DNA from: Sphagnum compactum
Lineage: Eukaryota
Length of the DNA stretch: 64,000 bases
Direction: 5' to 3'
Assembly (NCBI GenBank): GCA_965153455.1
Contig: OZ234493.1
Coordinates: 3,286,001-3,350,000 of the forward strand
Shown here: in pieces, positions 51,141 through 64,000 of the stretch
How the letters are laid out: every line of letters starts with the position of its first letter
Position numbering within the stretch: position 1 is the first letter of the stretch
The notes under the pieces: model-generated
What the model saw: only the letters and a program-made list of their open reading frames with translations
Told to the model about the DNA's origin: nothing
Database searches by the model: none
Position numbers and translations under genes: made by a program

Positions 51141-53889
51141 AACTTATATTCTAGCTAATGTGTTGTAAGATGTTTTAATGGTTATGGAGGACTTATGAAA
51201 CTTGAACTGCCACTTCAATTATGTGTTGAAATTGATTGTTTTCTTGAGGTGGTGTGGTTGGAGGGTAGATAATCAAACTATAGGCACAAAAAGAGAGGTG
51301 GTTTTTGTGACGTTAGATATTTGTTGTAACATATGTACATACATTGAAAGAGAAATAAAGTCATGAGAAAAAAATAGAGTCACAAATTTGAGAAAAGTGT
51401 ACACTTTTTGAGTTGCAATATTGATTGTGAAAAATAAATAGGCAAATGCACATAGATATTATTAAGTAGATTTAAACATACACACACATTTATACATAGA
51501 TAGATTTCTTGATTTACCTTACTTGGATTAGGTGTTTAGTTGTTTCATGTCCATTGCATACATCTTTTGTATTTTTTCTCCCAAAAAATACACGCATTGT
51601 TTGGTTTGAACAAACAAATATTCACAAGTGGTGTGTTTATATTTAGTATCAAAATTCAACTTTTAAAATTTCACACTAAATTTCACATTTCAATTTGCTT
51701 CACTTTGATTTTGAATTAAAGTCTTCAAATTGGTATTTATGGTTCATCTCATGAAATTTGAGGAAACATATTGGTATAACACTTCAATAGATCAATCTTT
51801 ATACATCCAATTATGCAAGTGTACATGATGTAGTGTATGACTTGGTAGTCCAATTTTGTTTATTACAATTTCAATCAAATGTTCAGGTTAGCACTAGAAG
51901 AAACCCCCCCCTCTTACAGCTACATTTTCAACTAATGTTCAACTACAAACCAAGTCGAAAACTACACATATAGTTGCAATTTATTTTTTGCAATTGTTGA
52001 CCAATAATGTCAACAAGTACAAGTTGAGAGTGAAATTACAATCGAAAGTGTATGCCACGTGTCAACACCACAACAATATCCACTATTTGCCAATTTAGTT
52101 GAAAATTGTTCTACCATTATAGTCGAGGGATGTTGTCAACTACATTCAACTAATGCATGAACTTCATCCGTTGACTAAACATGACATCAACCAAAAACAT
52201 AATTACAATTTCAACTAGGTTGTAACTATGTAAGTTGAACATTTCGACTATGTTGCAACTATGAAAATTGAACATTTGGTTAATGGTTTGGTGACACGTG
52301 GCACATTCATAAAATATGGGTCAACTGATAGTTAAATGATATGTGGCATGCTCACAAATTTTAGGATCAACAAATAGTTAAATGACACGTAGCACATCCA
52401 CATCAATAGGTTAGGCCACATAGTGCCTAAGCATAGGTTAAATCTAAACCTAAGCACCTAGGTTAAACCTAAACATAGGCCATTTTAAGTTAGGGCTAAA
52501 CCTAGGCACCTATGTTAGGCCTAGACTTAAACCACATGGCAATTAATAAATGACATCCTATTTCATTTGGTTTAGCCTTTAAGGTTGAACCTTTTTTATT
52601 GGCTCATCCCAAATGGCTATTACATTTTCATGTTTATTGTGTTTTCCAACAATCCTAGTGCATTCCTTTATATAATTTAGATTCATGGAATGGAAACCAA
52701 ACAATATGGGATAAAGATTTAGTTATAACCTAGGGTATACACACCTATCATTGAACACTTAACAATGGATCATTATAACTTTCTTATCCATGGTCTTTCC
52801 TTTTAAAACTTCAAACAATTTTGTCGTCCTCCACCTGGCGTATCCAAATCTATAAAAAACGCTACAATCTAATGGAAAATAAGCAAGATATGCCATTTCA
52901 AAATGAAGGGGATTGTGCTTTGGTTTTTTCATAAGTGTTCAATATGATTTTGAACTTTAGGCTCTTCAACTATTGTTCTTTTGGTTTTTCACTCTCAACA
53001 AGTTTTATAGATTTTGAGATAACGCATTTGTAGCCTTTGAAATCGTTTAGAATGAATGAGAAATGAGTAAGATATAGTTGTTGGAAGTAAAGGAGGTTTA
53101 AAGACAAAATATCATTCTTTCTCTTCTTGTATTTTATGCTTTCTTCTTTTGCTTTTGAGGTTTAAAGAATATTTGTAGCTCTCTATTTTGTGCTTCCAAT
53201 GACATAAAAATTGTTCAATTTGGTTTTGAAATGAAAGAAACCTTGAAAGTGTTTGGTGATAGAATACCACTTGGTTATAAGCGTGTCTACCCTAATTATA
53301 ACCCAATTGTAACCTAATTGCAATTCAAATAGTTGTAATCTAGTTTTACAAGCTAGGCCTAGACCTAAACTAATAATCTATTTAACCTAGGTCTAGTTAA
53401 TTACCTTAATTACTTATAATAATTATTCATAAACTATTTTTAATTGTATAGTTGTAAAATTAAACAATTAAACAGATTATCATCATTTATTAAATAATAT
53501 GGTGATTAGTTTTTTTAATCAGAAATTAAATTAAATTATCTATTAAATAATTAATTGTCACTAAATATTTTTTTAATTCCAAATTCATTATAAATTTTTA
53601 TTCACATTTCATAAAACAAAGAATTAACTCAAATATAAATATTCAATAATAAATTTTAGATGAATTTTAATTATAGTTTTTATTATAATGTTGTGATAAT
53701 TAATAATTGATTACAATTACAACAACAACATTAATAATAATACTATAACTAGTTGTTAAGTTAGGCTAGTTATTTAACTATTTTTATTCATATTTTTATC
53801 TAACTTGTTGGAACTATTAAATGACCTAGTTTAATAAAATGAAAACATTATTGGAACTAATAGCAAAAATAAAATATTAATTGTGCATC

Positions 53890-55910
53890 ATGACATGATA
53901 TGTTGTAAACTAAAATTGAATCTACATGGAAATAATAAATTACAGATGTATTGAACATATTCCAAAAAATATTAATTAAGTATCATTTCTTGATATGTTT
54001 TAAACTAAAATTGAATTTACATAGAAATAATAAATTATGCATGTATTGAACATAAACATTATGAAATTGAATTATATTTTAGAATTTCTTTAAATTTTAT
54101 TTTCAAATTAAAGTGTAATATGTATATGCACAAAACAATTCATCATACATGTAATCATTCATGTATACAAAAAACATTTACATGTACCTTAATAATTAAT
54201 GAATTTTTATTGTAATTTTAAAAATATATTAAAACATCATACGTATGAAAATGAATAAACATTAAAGTTCCACAAAATTATGAATTATGTATCATTATTT
54301 GATTTGTTGTAAATTAAAATTTGATTTACAAAGAAATAATAAATTATATTGAACATCCATTATTACAAACTCATATGTCAGAATTTCCTTAAATTGTATT
54401 TTGAAATTAAATTTTAGTATTTATATGCACAAAATGTTTTTGCATCATACATAAACATTCATTTGCATAAATAGAATTTACATGTAGTTTAATGTTTAAT
54501 GAATTAGTATTGAAATTAAAGGGAATATTGAGATATCATGTCTATAAAAATTAATAAACATTAGAGTTTCACAGAAAATATTAATTATGTATCATTATTT
54601 GATATGTTTTAAATTAGAATCTAAATTACATATAAATAATAGTTAGGTGTATTGAACATGCACATTATTACAAATTTATATTTCAGAATTTCCTTAAATT
54701 TCCTTCAATCAAATTTTAATAATTTGTATGCACAAAAAAATAATTACATCATACCTAACCATTCATTTTATACAAATCAAATTTACACATAATTTAATAT
54801 ATTAATGAAGGTAGATAGTTTGTTTTGTTTTACTTTATCATGTTGAAATTTCCCAAACCAAATTGCTTCATATAATGCTATTGATATCTTTGAAAACCTA
54901 ACAAGTGACTGGGGTTGAAAGTTTTTGGAGCTACAATGCAAAGGTTATTGATTATTAAACTATTTTCTTAATAAAAATTAATAAAATCATAAATAGAAAT
55001 TTTATTCGAATCCAGAGGTGTACTTGGTGTTGTTGAAAGTAATTGCTAAGTTAGATTTAATAAAATTTATTTCATAAGTTTTGTACTTATAATGTGGAAG
55101 ATATTGATTTTTGTATGAATTTAGTTGTTGAAAATTCAAACAAATTACAACGTATTAGGTTTAGAAGGGAAAATGAGTTGAATGTGTTCACACTTGGGGC
55201 AACAACACATGTTACTTTATCTATCCATGAAGGAAGGTAGTTTGTTTTGTTTTGTCATAATGACATTTCCCAAACCACGGTGTCTTAGGTTATGTTATGG
55301 AATTGATCATCAAAAAGTTTTCAATGAATAAGAATGCAATGACTTGGTTTATAATGTTTGGAGCTACAGTGTGGAATTTATTGATTATTGAACCATTTTT
55401 TCATCGGGGGCATTCTTGGTATTGTTGGAAAGCCCCACCAAGTTTGATTTAATAAAGTTGATTTCGTAATTTTGAGACTTAAAATGTGAACAATATTATT
55501 GAATTTTTGATGGGTACTTATTGTTTTTGGAAATTCAAACAAATTGCAAAAAGGGGTTTGGAAGGAAAATTCAATTGAATGCATTCAAACTTGGGCCAAT
55601 GACATAAGGTACATTAGTGTTTAATGAATTTTTATCATAATTTTAAACAATTATTAAGATATCATGTGTATTAAAATGAATAAAATATGTTTCATTACTT
55701 GATATGTTGTAATGGTCTACATAGAAATAATAAATTACATGTGTATTGAACACAAACATTAGTATTACATATATTTTAAATTTTCTTAAACTTTATTTTG
55801 AAATTAAAGTTTAATATTTATATGCACAAAAAAACCATTCATTTATACAAATGAAATTTACATGTAATTTAATGTTATCATTATTTTAAATCAATATTAC
55901 AATATTATAT
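53890..55910 (+). repeat. ~300-bp AT-rich tandem repeat, interrupted at 54798-55617
   Basis: The unit marker GAAATAATAAATTA..TATTGAACA recurs at ~53930, 54025, 54330, 54630 and 55725. Confidence 0.7.
54798..55617 (+). mobile_element. Helitron-like non-autonomous insertion (two head-to-tail ~400-bp copies)
   Basis: Inserted between A and T of the host unit (TTTAA|TGTTTAATGAA) with no TSD. Two copies start ATGAAGG..AGTTTGTTTTGTTT; the element ends ...CATTAG (decayed CTAG). Confidence 0.55.
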
Positions 55911-58074
55911 GTATAAAATTAAAGTTGCCTATTAGTTGTTTAACCTAGTTGAAAGAGATAGTTGGAAACAAGACTATATTTCATCCATCTTCTAGTACAT
56001 TTTATCATCCAAAATAGTTGAACATTAGTCAATGTCTTCACTGTGTGCCAACTAAAGAACCTTAGATGTTAAGAATATTTCAAAAATGACCCTTTAGTTG
56101 AAACATGCTTCACATTCTTTACCAACACAATTGGAAGTTCAACTTGGAGATGTTGTTGATATCAAGAATATTCTGCAAATGACCACCCAATTGAAAAATC
56201 TTTTCAACTATATACCAATATAGCAAACAAGTCAACTTAATTAGTAATTGCCATAATTTTATTTAAATTCTTTTAAAATCTAGTTGAAACATAGTTGCAA
56301 ATCTCATGTAGTCGAAAATTTTTGGTTAAAAAAAAAGGTTTTCTGCTTAGTGTAACACATCAAATGTTAAATTGTGGGTCAATAAATATGAATGTAAATC
56401 TCAATGGAATTGTAAAATAGTTGGGTTTATCAATTTAAAGATTAAAATTCATCATCTTCTTATCAATTATAGAAGGAAGATTTCTAGGGCATAAGCATGG
56501 TAAAATATACAAAAAAGTGAATGTTTTCATTTTTATTGTATTCATGGATATAAATACAATAAAGTAACATCAAAATGGATGGAAGTATGATAGGATACCC
56601 TTGGTGCCCTATCTCACATTTGTAAGAATCTATTTCCAAAATATTAAGAATAAATAAATTCTAAAAATAGGTAAAAAGTATCCCCATTTATTGCATGGTA
56701 AATTTGTGATTTGGGAATCCTCAATGAAACATACTGATACTAGGTAAGGATATAAATATCATTATATTTTTAAGGTCCCCATAAAAACTTAGTCCACTTT
56801 TTATTTGTTAGAACCTACTTACCACATACTTTACAAAAGTTCACAATGGAAAACGTAGATGAAAAGTAAATTGCAAAATCTATTTCTATTTTTAAAACCT
56901 ACTTTTGACCTACTTTTACAATGTGGAGTTTGAAAGTTAATGCACAATAGTGAAGAACTATCTTGTTTTTATCATTCAAGTAAAAATATTCCACATATGA
57001 ATGGTTTATGATGGATTTTGTTATTATTTTCTTTCTACTTGTCAAGTAGACTACCGAGGAGATTTAGTTGCCTACTATATCATGCTTGCGCCCCCTAGTA
57101 ACCAATGAAGTTAACAAATAAACATTCATTTCGTAACAATAATTGTAAAATAAATTTTCTCTTAAAAACTTGAAGATCAATTTGCTTTTGTAATTTATGT
57201 GGAAGGTGCAAGTAGGTTTGAAAAGATCTATAGCAAGAATGAGTGATCCATTCATTGAACACAAAGAAATTAGAGAAAAATTGGTAAACACTAAAAAGCA
57301 CATGTTATAATTAATGTTGGGTGGGTATATGCATTTTTATATATCAATTGAGAAAGTAAATAAAATATATATATTAGTTAAGTAAAGGTAAATAAGCTAA
57401 AATTTTTCCAAACTAAGTAAGGGTAAGGGTGTAAAGGCTTTCAAAATCATCAATGCTAGTAAGGGTAAAGATAAGTGATGAACATTTACCCTATTTGCAA
57501 GATAAAGGTAGGGGTAAATCTCTCATCATTGGATACCATGTAAGTATCGATGGATAAACATAATGTAAAAGATATTTACACAAGTATGGCACATTTCAAA
57601 ATGAAGAAATACAATTGTATTTTGTGTTATTGGCATTTTAAACATGAACACATGAAAACCCATAGTGAAAACAAAATGGTTGTTCACAAATGAAGGAATA
57701 ATTGCACACTATAACATGCATGCCAATTGCACTACAAAAAATTTAAGAGGTTTTTAGGTTGAAATAAAAGATTGGCAAGTTATTTACATCATCTTTTCCA
57801 TTTGAAGGTCAGTTCACATTTAGGGATAAGCTATAATTTTATTTTATTTCAAAGTTTAATTTAAATAATTAAGGTTTACTTTTAAGTTAGTTAGGTTACC
57901 TTTTAGGTTAATAGCAATAGCTACCACTATTGGTTATTGTTGTTCACATTAGGCACTTTAGGTAAGGTAGGTAGGACATGTGTCATATTACTGTTAACCC
58001 CTTGTTCAAAGACTATAGATGCACTTAGTGTGAAATAAGTTCCTTCTCTACTGGCTCACTTGCATCATTATGTT

Positions 58075-60120
58075 TTTTTTGTGTGCAAAGCTCTTTCGAG
58101 CTTTGGTCAAGTAACTCCTCCTTGCACTTGACTTTCATTTTTTTGTTTTCAATTGTGAAATTATTTTACGTTTTCTTTGTGTGCAAAGCTCCTTCGAACT
58201 TTGGTCATGTAGTGTTTTCTTGTTTTCAACTTTCATTTTTTTGATTTTGATTGTGCTATTCCTCTATTTATTTCTTGTGAGCAAAGCTCCTTTGAACTCT
58301 AGTTGTGTAACTCCTCCTTATTCCTAACTTTCATTTTTTTTTTATTGTGAAGCTCCTTTATGTTTTTTTTATGTGCGAAGCTCCTCCGAGTTTTGGTCAT
58401 GTCACTATAAGAGAACAAAATCTTTTTTATTAGGAAAATTGGTCAAAAAGTACTCCAAATGACCCTTATATGACTTCTCATTTTTGACATGGCCATTTTG
58501 ACTTGGCCTTTCTGGTCGATTTTTTCACTGTCTTTCTTATTAGTCAACAATATGTTGACAATTATATATGATTGAATTTTTAATAATTTTTATATTTTAT
58601 ATGATTATAATCTTATTTATTTATTTATTAAATTTATTAGTTAATGAATTAAGTTACTTACATTACCTAATAATTACTGTACAAAATAAATTAAAATAAT
58701 TTACATACCTACCCTATTTAGCCTAGGCTAGTTATTTAAGCCATGTAAAACTTAAGTAGCCTAGGTAACAAATGTTGTATGTGTGAGGACTTGAACTCTT
58801 CACCTCTACTTTGAGGAGTCAAGTTTTTACAATTAGACTACCAAAATTTCAAAAGATGAAAACTTTTGTCATCATAAACTTGATGGAATTTTTGGTTTTG
58901 ATGTACATATTGTAACATTCATCAATGAACTTCAACATTTTTGTATTACTTATTTAAGTAAAAGGTTATAACATGTACCAATTATCTACCTAGATTACAT
59001 GTAGGTATTTACATCTAATCTATTATTAAGTACTACATGCTATTAACTCAATTAAAAAATAATTAATAAAAATAATAGCGATGATTGATTAATTATTATC
59101 AATTATAAATAAATAAATAATATCAATGATTAATAATTAATATTTCTTACGAATTATTAATTATTAACTATTAATTATTCAATATAAATGGCTGATATCG
59201 AATATTTCTTAAGAAGTATTAAATATTAAACATTAAATAATAATAATTTAATTTTAATTACTAATTTTTAATTACCAATTAATGATTATTTAATCAATAT
59301 TGATTATTTAATAATTATTGATTATTGATTATTGATTATCTATTATTTAGTACTAATTATTGTAAATTACTATAAAATATTAGCCCAAAAAAAGATGAAA
59401 TTGATAATTCAATAATAATAACGAATCAATTAACAAGTTGATGGATAAATTAATTATTGGTTATTAATAAATATTTGTTTGTTGATTAATTAATTACATA
59501 AAATATTAATCATAAATTATTGATTATTAATTATCAATTATTAAATATTAGTTAATTAATGTACTAAGGTTAAATACCTACATGTGCCCAGAGGTAGCAA
59601 TGCCTATTAAACTTTATAAATATCTGCTAGATGTAATATGTCTAACCTAGGGCCAACTAACTATGAATTTAGGTTTTGTATGTACCCCAAGCAAAATAAA
59701 CTTGTGGGTTAAGTAGCTAAATTAGTATGGTTGATTTGATTAAATGTCAAATTAGAATGGCCAATTTCACTAATTGTAAATTACAATGGCCATTGAGTAT
59801 GGTCAATTTTACTAAACCTTGTTCATATTGATGGACCTTTGGCCTTTTTGATTAGATGTTTGGTTTGTCGCATGGTTAAAAAGGTTACTTTAGTCAAATG
59901 TTTCAATCAAAAATAATTTGTGTCTTCCATGCCCCAAGCCTTTAGTCAAAATGACCATCCCCTGTGGTCCATATGGACATTTTAATCAAGTTGGACCTTT
60001 TGAAAAGTCATGTTTTCTTGTAATGTGTAATTCCTCTTTGCTCCTAACTTTCATTTTTTTGTTTTCGATTATGAAGTTCCTATGTTCTTTTCACGTGCAA
60101 AGTTCCTCCAAGTTATGATC
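58075..60120 (+). repeat. ~100-bp tandem repeat (GTGCAAAGCTCC..TTTGGTCATGT..ACTTTCATTTTTTTG), split by a CACTA insertion
   Basis: Units at ~58081, 58180, 58278 and 58372. The fourth unit resumes at 60026. Confidence 0.75.
58403..60025. mobile_element. Non-autonomous CACTA element
   Basis: CACTATAAGAGAACA...TGTTTTCTTGTAATG with a perfect 3-bp TSD TGT. The host repeat rejoins across it. Confidence 0.8.
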
Positions 60121-60249
60121 ATCTTTACATTTTACAATGCGGCCACTAAAAGCGGTTCTTCTTGCATAATTTTTGCAAGACATTTTACAAATTCAAGGTT
60201 TGATTTCACAAGGTTTTGACACAACAAAATTGAACCTTTTGTCTGAAAC

Positions 60250-62530
60250 TCAAGTGCCTCCTCCAAAAGATGTTTGGTTCGCTTTTGAGACAATTCATCA
60301 CAATAGTTCTACACCAATATTGGTCTTGTGTGTGTAATATATTTTGGGGAGTAAAGAACTTGGTGACTGGGTTAAGGTGCGATTAACCATCTAGTATTCA
60401 CACTTCTTGATGATGTAGTATAATGACCTCAGGTGGAACACTTTTGTGTTAGTAGGCATTTTGTTCATCGCTTGACAAAGAAGTTAAAACCTTTCATGGA
60501 AAAGGACATGAAATTTCGAGTTGTTATCCCTGTGAGTATCAGTGTTGCCTGTAGTTGGAAAAACTTGTGCATGCATCAAGTACTTGCATTGTTTTGAATT
60601 ATTTACTATCGAGAAGTCAACCTTGTCCTGCATGAATTCATGTGCGCATTGAATTTGACTTTGAAAAACAAGTTGAAATGGCCAAAGGCAATGATTTGAT
60701 TGAAATCATGGATGGGTTCAAGGAATTATGTGGCATGTTAACAATCCATGGTGCCATAGATATAACACATATTCATGTGTAAAAGCCAAAAACCTAGGTT
60801 TTTGCAGTTGACTTTTATCACTAGAAAAAAAATTGTCCTTTGTAACCAAGAAATTAATGATTAAATGTTCTAAACAATTAATAGGATATTACTTCAAATC
60901 CTACGTGTAAAAAATTATTATCAAATATTAGTGGTGCATTTGATTAGTAAACAATATCATGGTAACAAGAAAGCTTATGTCGTTTTTTCATTACAAGTTT
61001 TCATCCAATGTCATCCGTGATTGATGACAAAACGACGTGGATGTCCAAAATATCATATGAAACTGTGATTAGAATAAAATCATTTCAAATATAACTAAAA
61101 AATGACTATGCAAATGATGTAAACAAAATAATGTGTCATTACATACACAATGTGATCATAAAATTACTTTACAATGATTCAAATGATTATCAATATAAGT
61201 TGACACATTATGAATTACGACATGTAGGGAACTAATTTCAACTAATATTATTCATATAAGTAATATCAAAACTTTAATTATATTTTTCTTGAATATACTT
61301 GATATATGATCCATTGTAAAATATTTTATATGAGTAAATTAATTATTACACATTGAAATAAATTTTACTAATAAAAAGTGATACACTAAATTTATTATTA
61401 TTATTATTTTTGAAATCAAATAGAATGTAAGATATGGTAAATATATATTTTATTTTTACATTAAATTTGTATCATCAATTTAAGTAAAAAATTATATATG
61501 TAATAAATATTACACAATTATATTAAATTATGTGTAAAATTGAATAAAATTCATAATTTTAGAAAATTATTCAATAAAACAATTCAAATATTTTTTTGAA
61601 ATGAAGTATGGTCTAAATAAAATAAACACTAGATTGTTTACACAATAAGTGGGGTGGTTTGGTGGTAAAGGAGTGTAATTCCATCCTGGGGGTCTAAAGA
61701 TCAATTTCACAAATGACATTGTTGCGGTCAACGATGGACTATTGACCGAATATTCCAAAGATTACCTAAGTTAAGTGCCTACCTAGGTAGATTAGGTGGT
61801 CTACTTAGCCATTTAAACTAGTTTTAAACTTAATTTAAATGATAACACATGTCAACAATTGATACGATGAAAAATAATGAAATTAAAAATAATGGAAATA
61901 CAAATATATCTTATATACATTATAGTAATATAAATTATTATAATTTGTAATAATAAAAAACAATTACACAATGATTAAACAATGACTAACGATTTCACAT
62001 ATGTCCTTTATGATTAATGAATGAAATGTGCTACATCATTGACACATCGTGTCTTAAATGACTATTGTTTTCAACAATTCATTCGTAATGACTTTATGGC
62101 TATTAGTCATTTTTGTCCTTTATGACTAAAATACTAGTCATAAACTCAATATATACTTCAAGATTTTTTCTAATGTATTCCTTCAAATTAAAAGGTAATA
62201 CCATTCAAATGCAAGTTGTTGTGAACCATCGAAAGAGGCTTTGGGATGTGTATCTTGGGATTCTAGGTTTTGTTGATGATGCTCGAGTTTTGAAGATGTC
62301 TTCCTTATACCACAAAGCCATTAAACATAATTTGCTTGTTATTGAACTTAAACAAGAAGGTATCAAACCTTACATTCTAGGGGACAAGCTGGGCAATCCT
62401 TTATTACCATGGCTGATGGTGCCACATAAATAAATAAGGGTACGTTAAACAATGCTTGAAATTTTGTACAATTGACATTTATCTTATGGCAGAAGTGTGG
62501 TTGAATTTTTTTTTGAAATCCTTCAAAATG
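60250..62530 (+). pseudogene. Decayed PIF/Harbinger (HARBI1-like) DDE transposase, split by a CACTA insertion
   Basis: IHGAIDITHIHV (~60740-60780), then VDFY|SFKLKGNTIQMQVVV..G.VDDARVL..YILGDK.G.PLLPWLMVPH, and an R.VVE..F-like segment at ~62490. Stops and frameshifts throughout. Confidence 0.8.
60819..62175. mobile_element. Non-autonomous CACTA element
   Basis: CACTAGAAAAAA...TTTTTTCTAATG with TSD TAT. Removing it restores the Harbinger reading frame locally. Confidence 0.85.
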
Positions 62531-64000
62531 TTGTTCAAGGGGTTGAAGTCATGTTTAAGGAGCCAAAGGCACCAAGGTAAAAAGTCCCTTTTTAGTGGCT
62601 ACACATGACATGTGTCATTTTTACGTTGGTTATAATTTAAAATTTTACATTTCAAATACCCCATTTAACATTACATTTTAGATATAAAAACATTTTGACT
62701 ACAAATTTATTTTATATCATATATATTATGCATTTATGCCCTTTAACACATATATATCACAAATTTTGTTAAAGCCACATTTTCAAAATTCATAATTTTT
62801 AAGGTCAAAAACACTTTTGAACCAAATGTATTCAAATGGGTTTTTAAAATTAATTTTCATTAATTCAAGTGCTTTTGCCCTTCTAATCATCAATGTTAAA
62901 ATCCTTTCCCATTTTCAAAAAGAATAGTGAACATTTGGTAAAAAAAAAGACATTTGAAAAAAACAAAGATTGTCCATTCTCAAGGTTTGAGTGCTTTGAA
63001 CATGCAAAAACATTTTTGATTTGTGTCAAGTTTTGAACATGTAAACTTTGCAATTAATAAAAAATATTCCAAAAAAAGTTATGATAATTCAGACTATAAT
63101 GTTTCCTTTCTAATATTTCAAACATATAAAACTGTAGTTTTAAGAAGTGTCCATTCACTTGGGTGGCTCCTCTGATTGTGATTTTACCTAGGGAGCTCTT
63201 ACAAAAGATTAACTTAAATATCTTTTTTTTGTTGGATGCTATTGTTTACTACTATATGTTACATAATTCGATCCTCAATGGCATAAATGACGTTGTTGAA
63301 TCCTTGATGACTTAATTGGAAGTTGAGAATCATGAACAACTAGCTCAAGTTGGAAAGAGGGATGAAAAAAGAAATGTAAAGGTAGGTGTTGACATTGATG
63401 ATGAACATGTTCCTTTACATGTTGATGAAGTTTCTGGAAACACATAATAAACAATTTTAAAGCAGTATCTTGGAACTCGTAAGCCACAAATTTGAAGATG
63501 AATTTGGCCTAATGTTTTGAAGATTTCATGAATATGAAAACCACGAATTTGAAACTAAAAAAATTGGAACTGAAAAATGATCTACTCTACATGTTTTCCT
63601 TGATGATTCAACTGGCTTCATCATCACTAACAAGAATGTTGGTTGGTGGATTTTCATCTTGTGATGAATAAGAAAAAATGTTTATTGGTGCTGGCATTTC
63701 AATTTTAACTTGAATGAAACCGTGACACATTACGATGCTCAAATTGGCTAGAACATTCACCATGTTTTTACTTGTGTGATGAATTTTTTTTATCTCTGGA
63801 TTTCAATTATTGCAAATGTTATTTGGTTTTATGCTCCTAAGTTTTGCTGCAATGTTTTTCAATCTTGAGCTATGTCACATTTATGCGTTCCATCGCATTA
63901 AAAAGCATTTTTTTGTTCTTGTCTGAAACTTCTAGGATTGAGGAAAACACATTTGACCTCTTGTGCTTGACATTTATGTTCCCAAACGTCAATAATGTTG

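Larger units (their letters stand above)
51892..56352. mobile_element. Non-autonomous CACTA-like element
   Basis: Left end CACTAGAAGAAACC; right end GGTTTTCTGCTTAGTG; flanks TAG/TAA (near 3-bp TSD). Subterminal CAACT/AGTTG motifs at both ends; no coding capacity. Confidence 0.6.

Noticed and set aside
58075-58402. ~100-bp periodic repeat as a CRISPR or ncRNA cluster
   Set aside because: The entire unit is repeated; an ordinary TE-associated tandem repeat.

Overview
Eukaryotic plant genomic DNA, intron-rich and dense in decayed AT-rich transposons. The repeat families and gene style suggest a moss, probably Sphagnum (inference). Three host genes are visible: the first coding exon of a LEO1/VIP4-like PAF1-complex gene (minus strand, runs off the left edge), a PPR protein with a C-terminal SMR-like domain and at least 17 coding exons (minus, ~14.7-24.2 kb), and a single-exon GT47/exostosin xyloglucan glycosyltransferase (plus, 46.3-47.9 kb). 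The rest is nested mobile DNA: a Ty1/copia element with both LTRs, PBS and TSD inserted in an older copia; two Penelope-like retroelements, one inside a PPR intron with Naiad/Chlamys-type RT features and a hammerhead-like 3' structure; a strongly GC/CpG-rich hAT transposon with an 8-bp TSD that looks foreign to the host; a solo LTR; CACTA, MITE and Helitron-like non-autonomous elements; and a broken PIF/Harbinger transposase. No rRNA, tRNA or CRISPR array was found. All coordinates were read by eye and no database searches were run.
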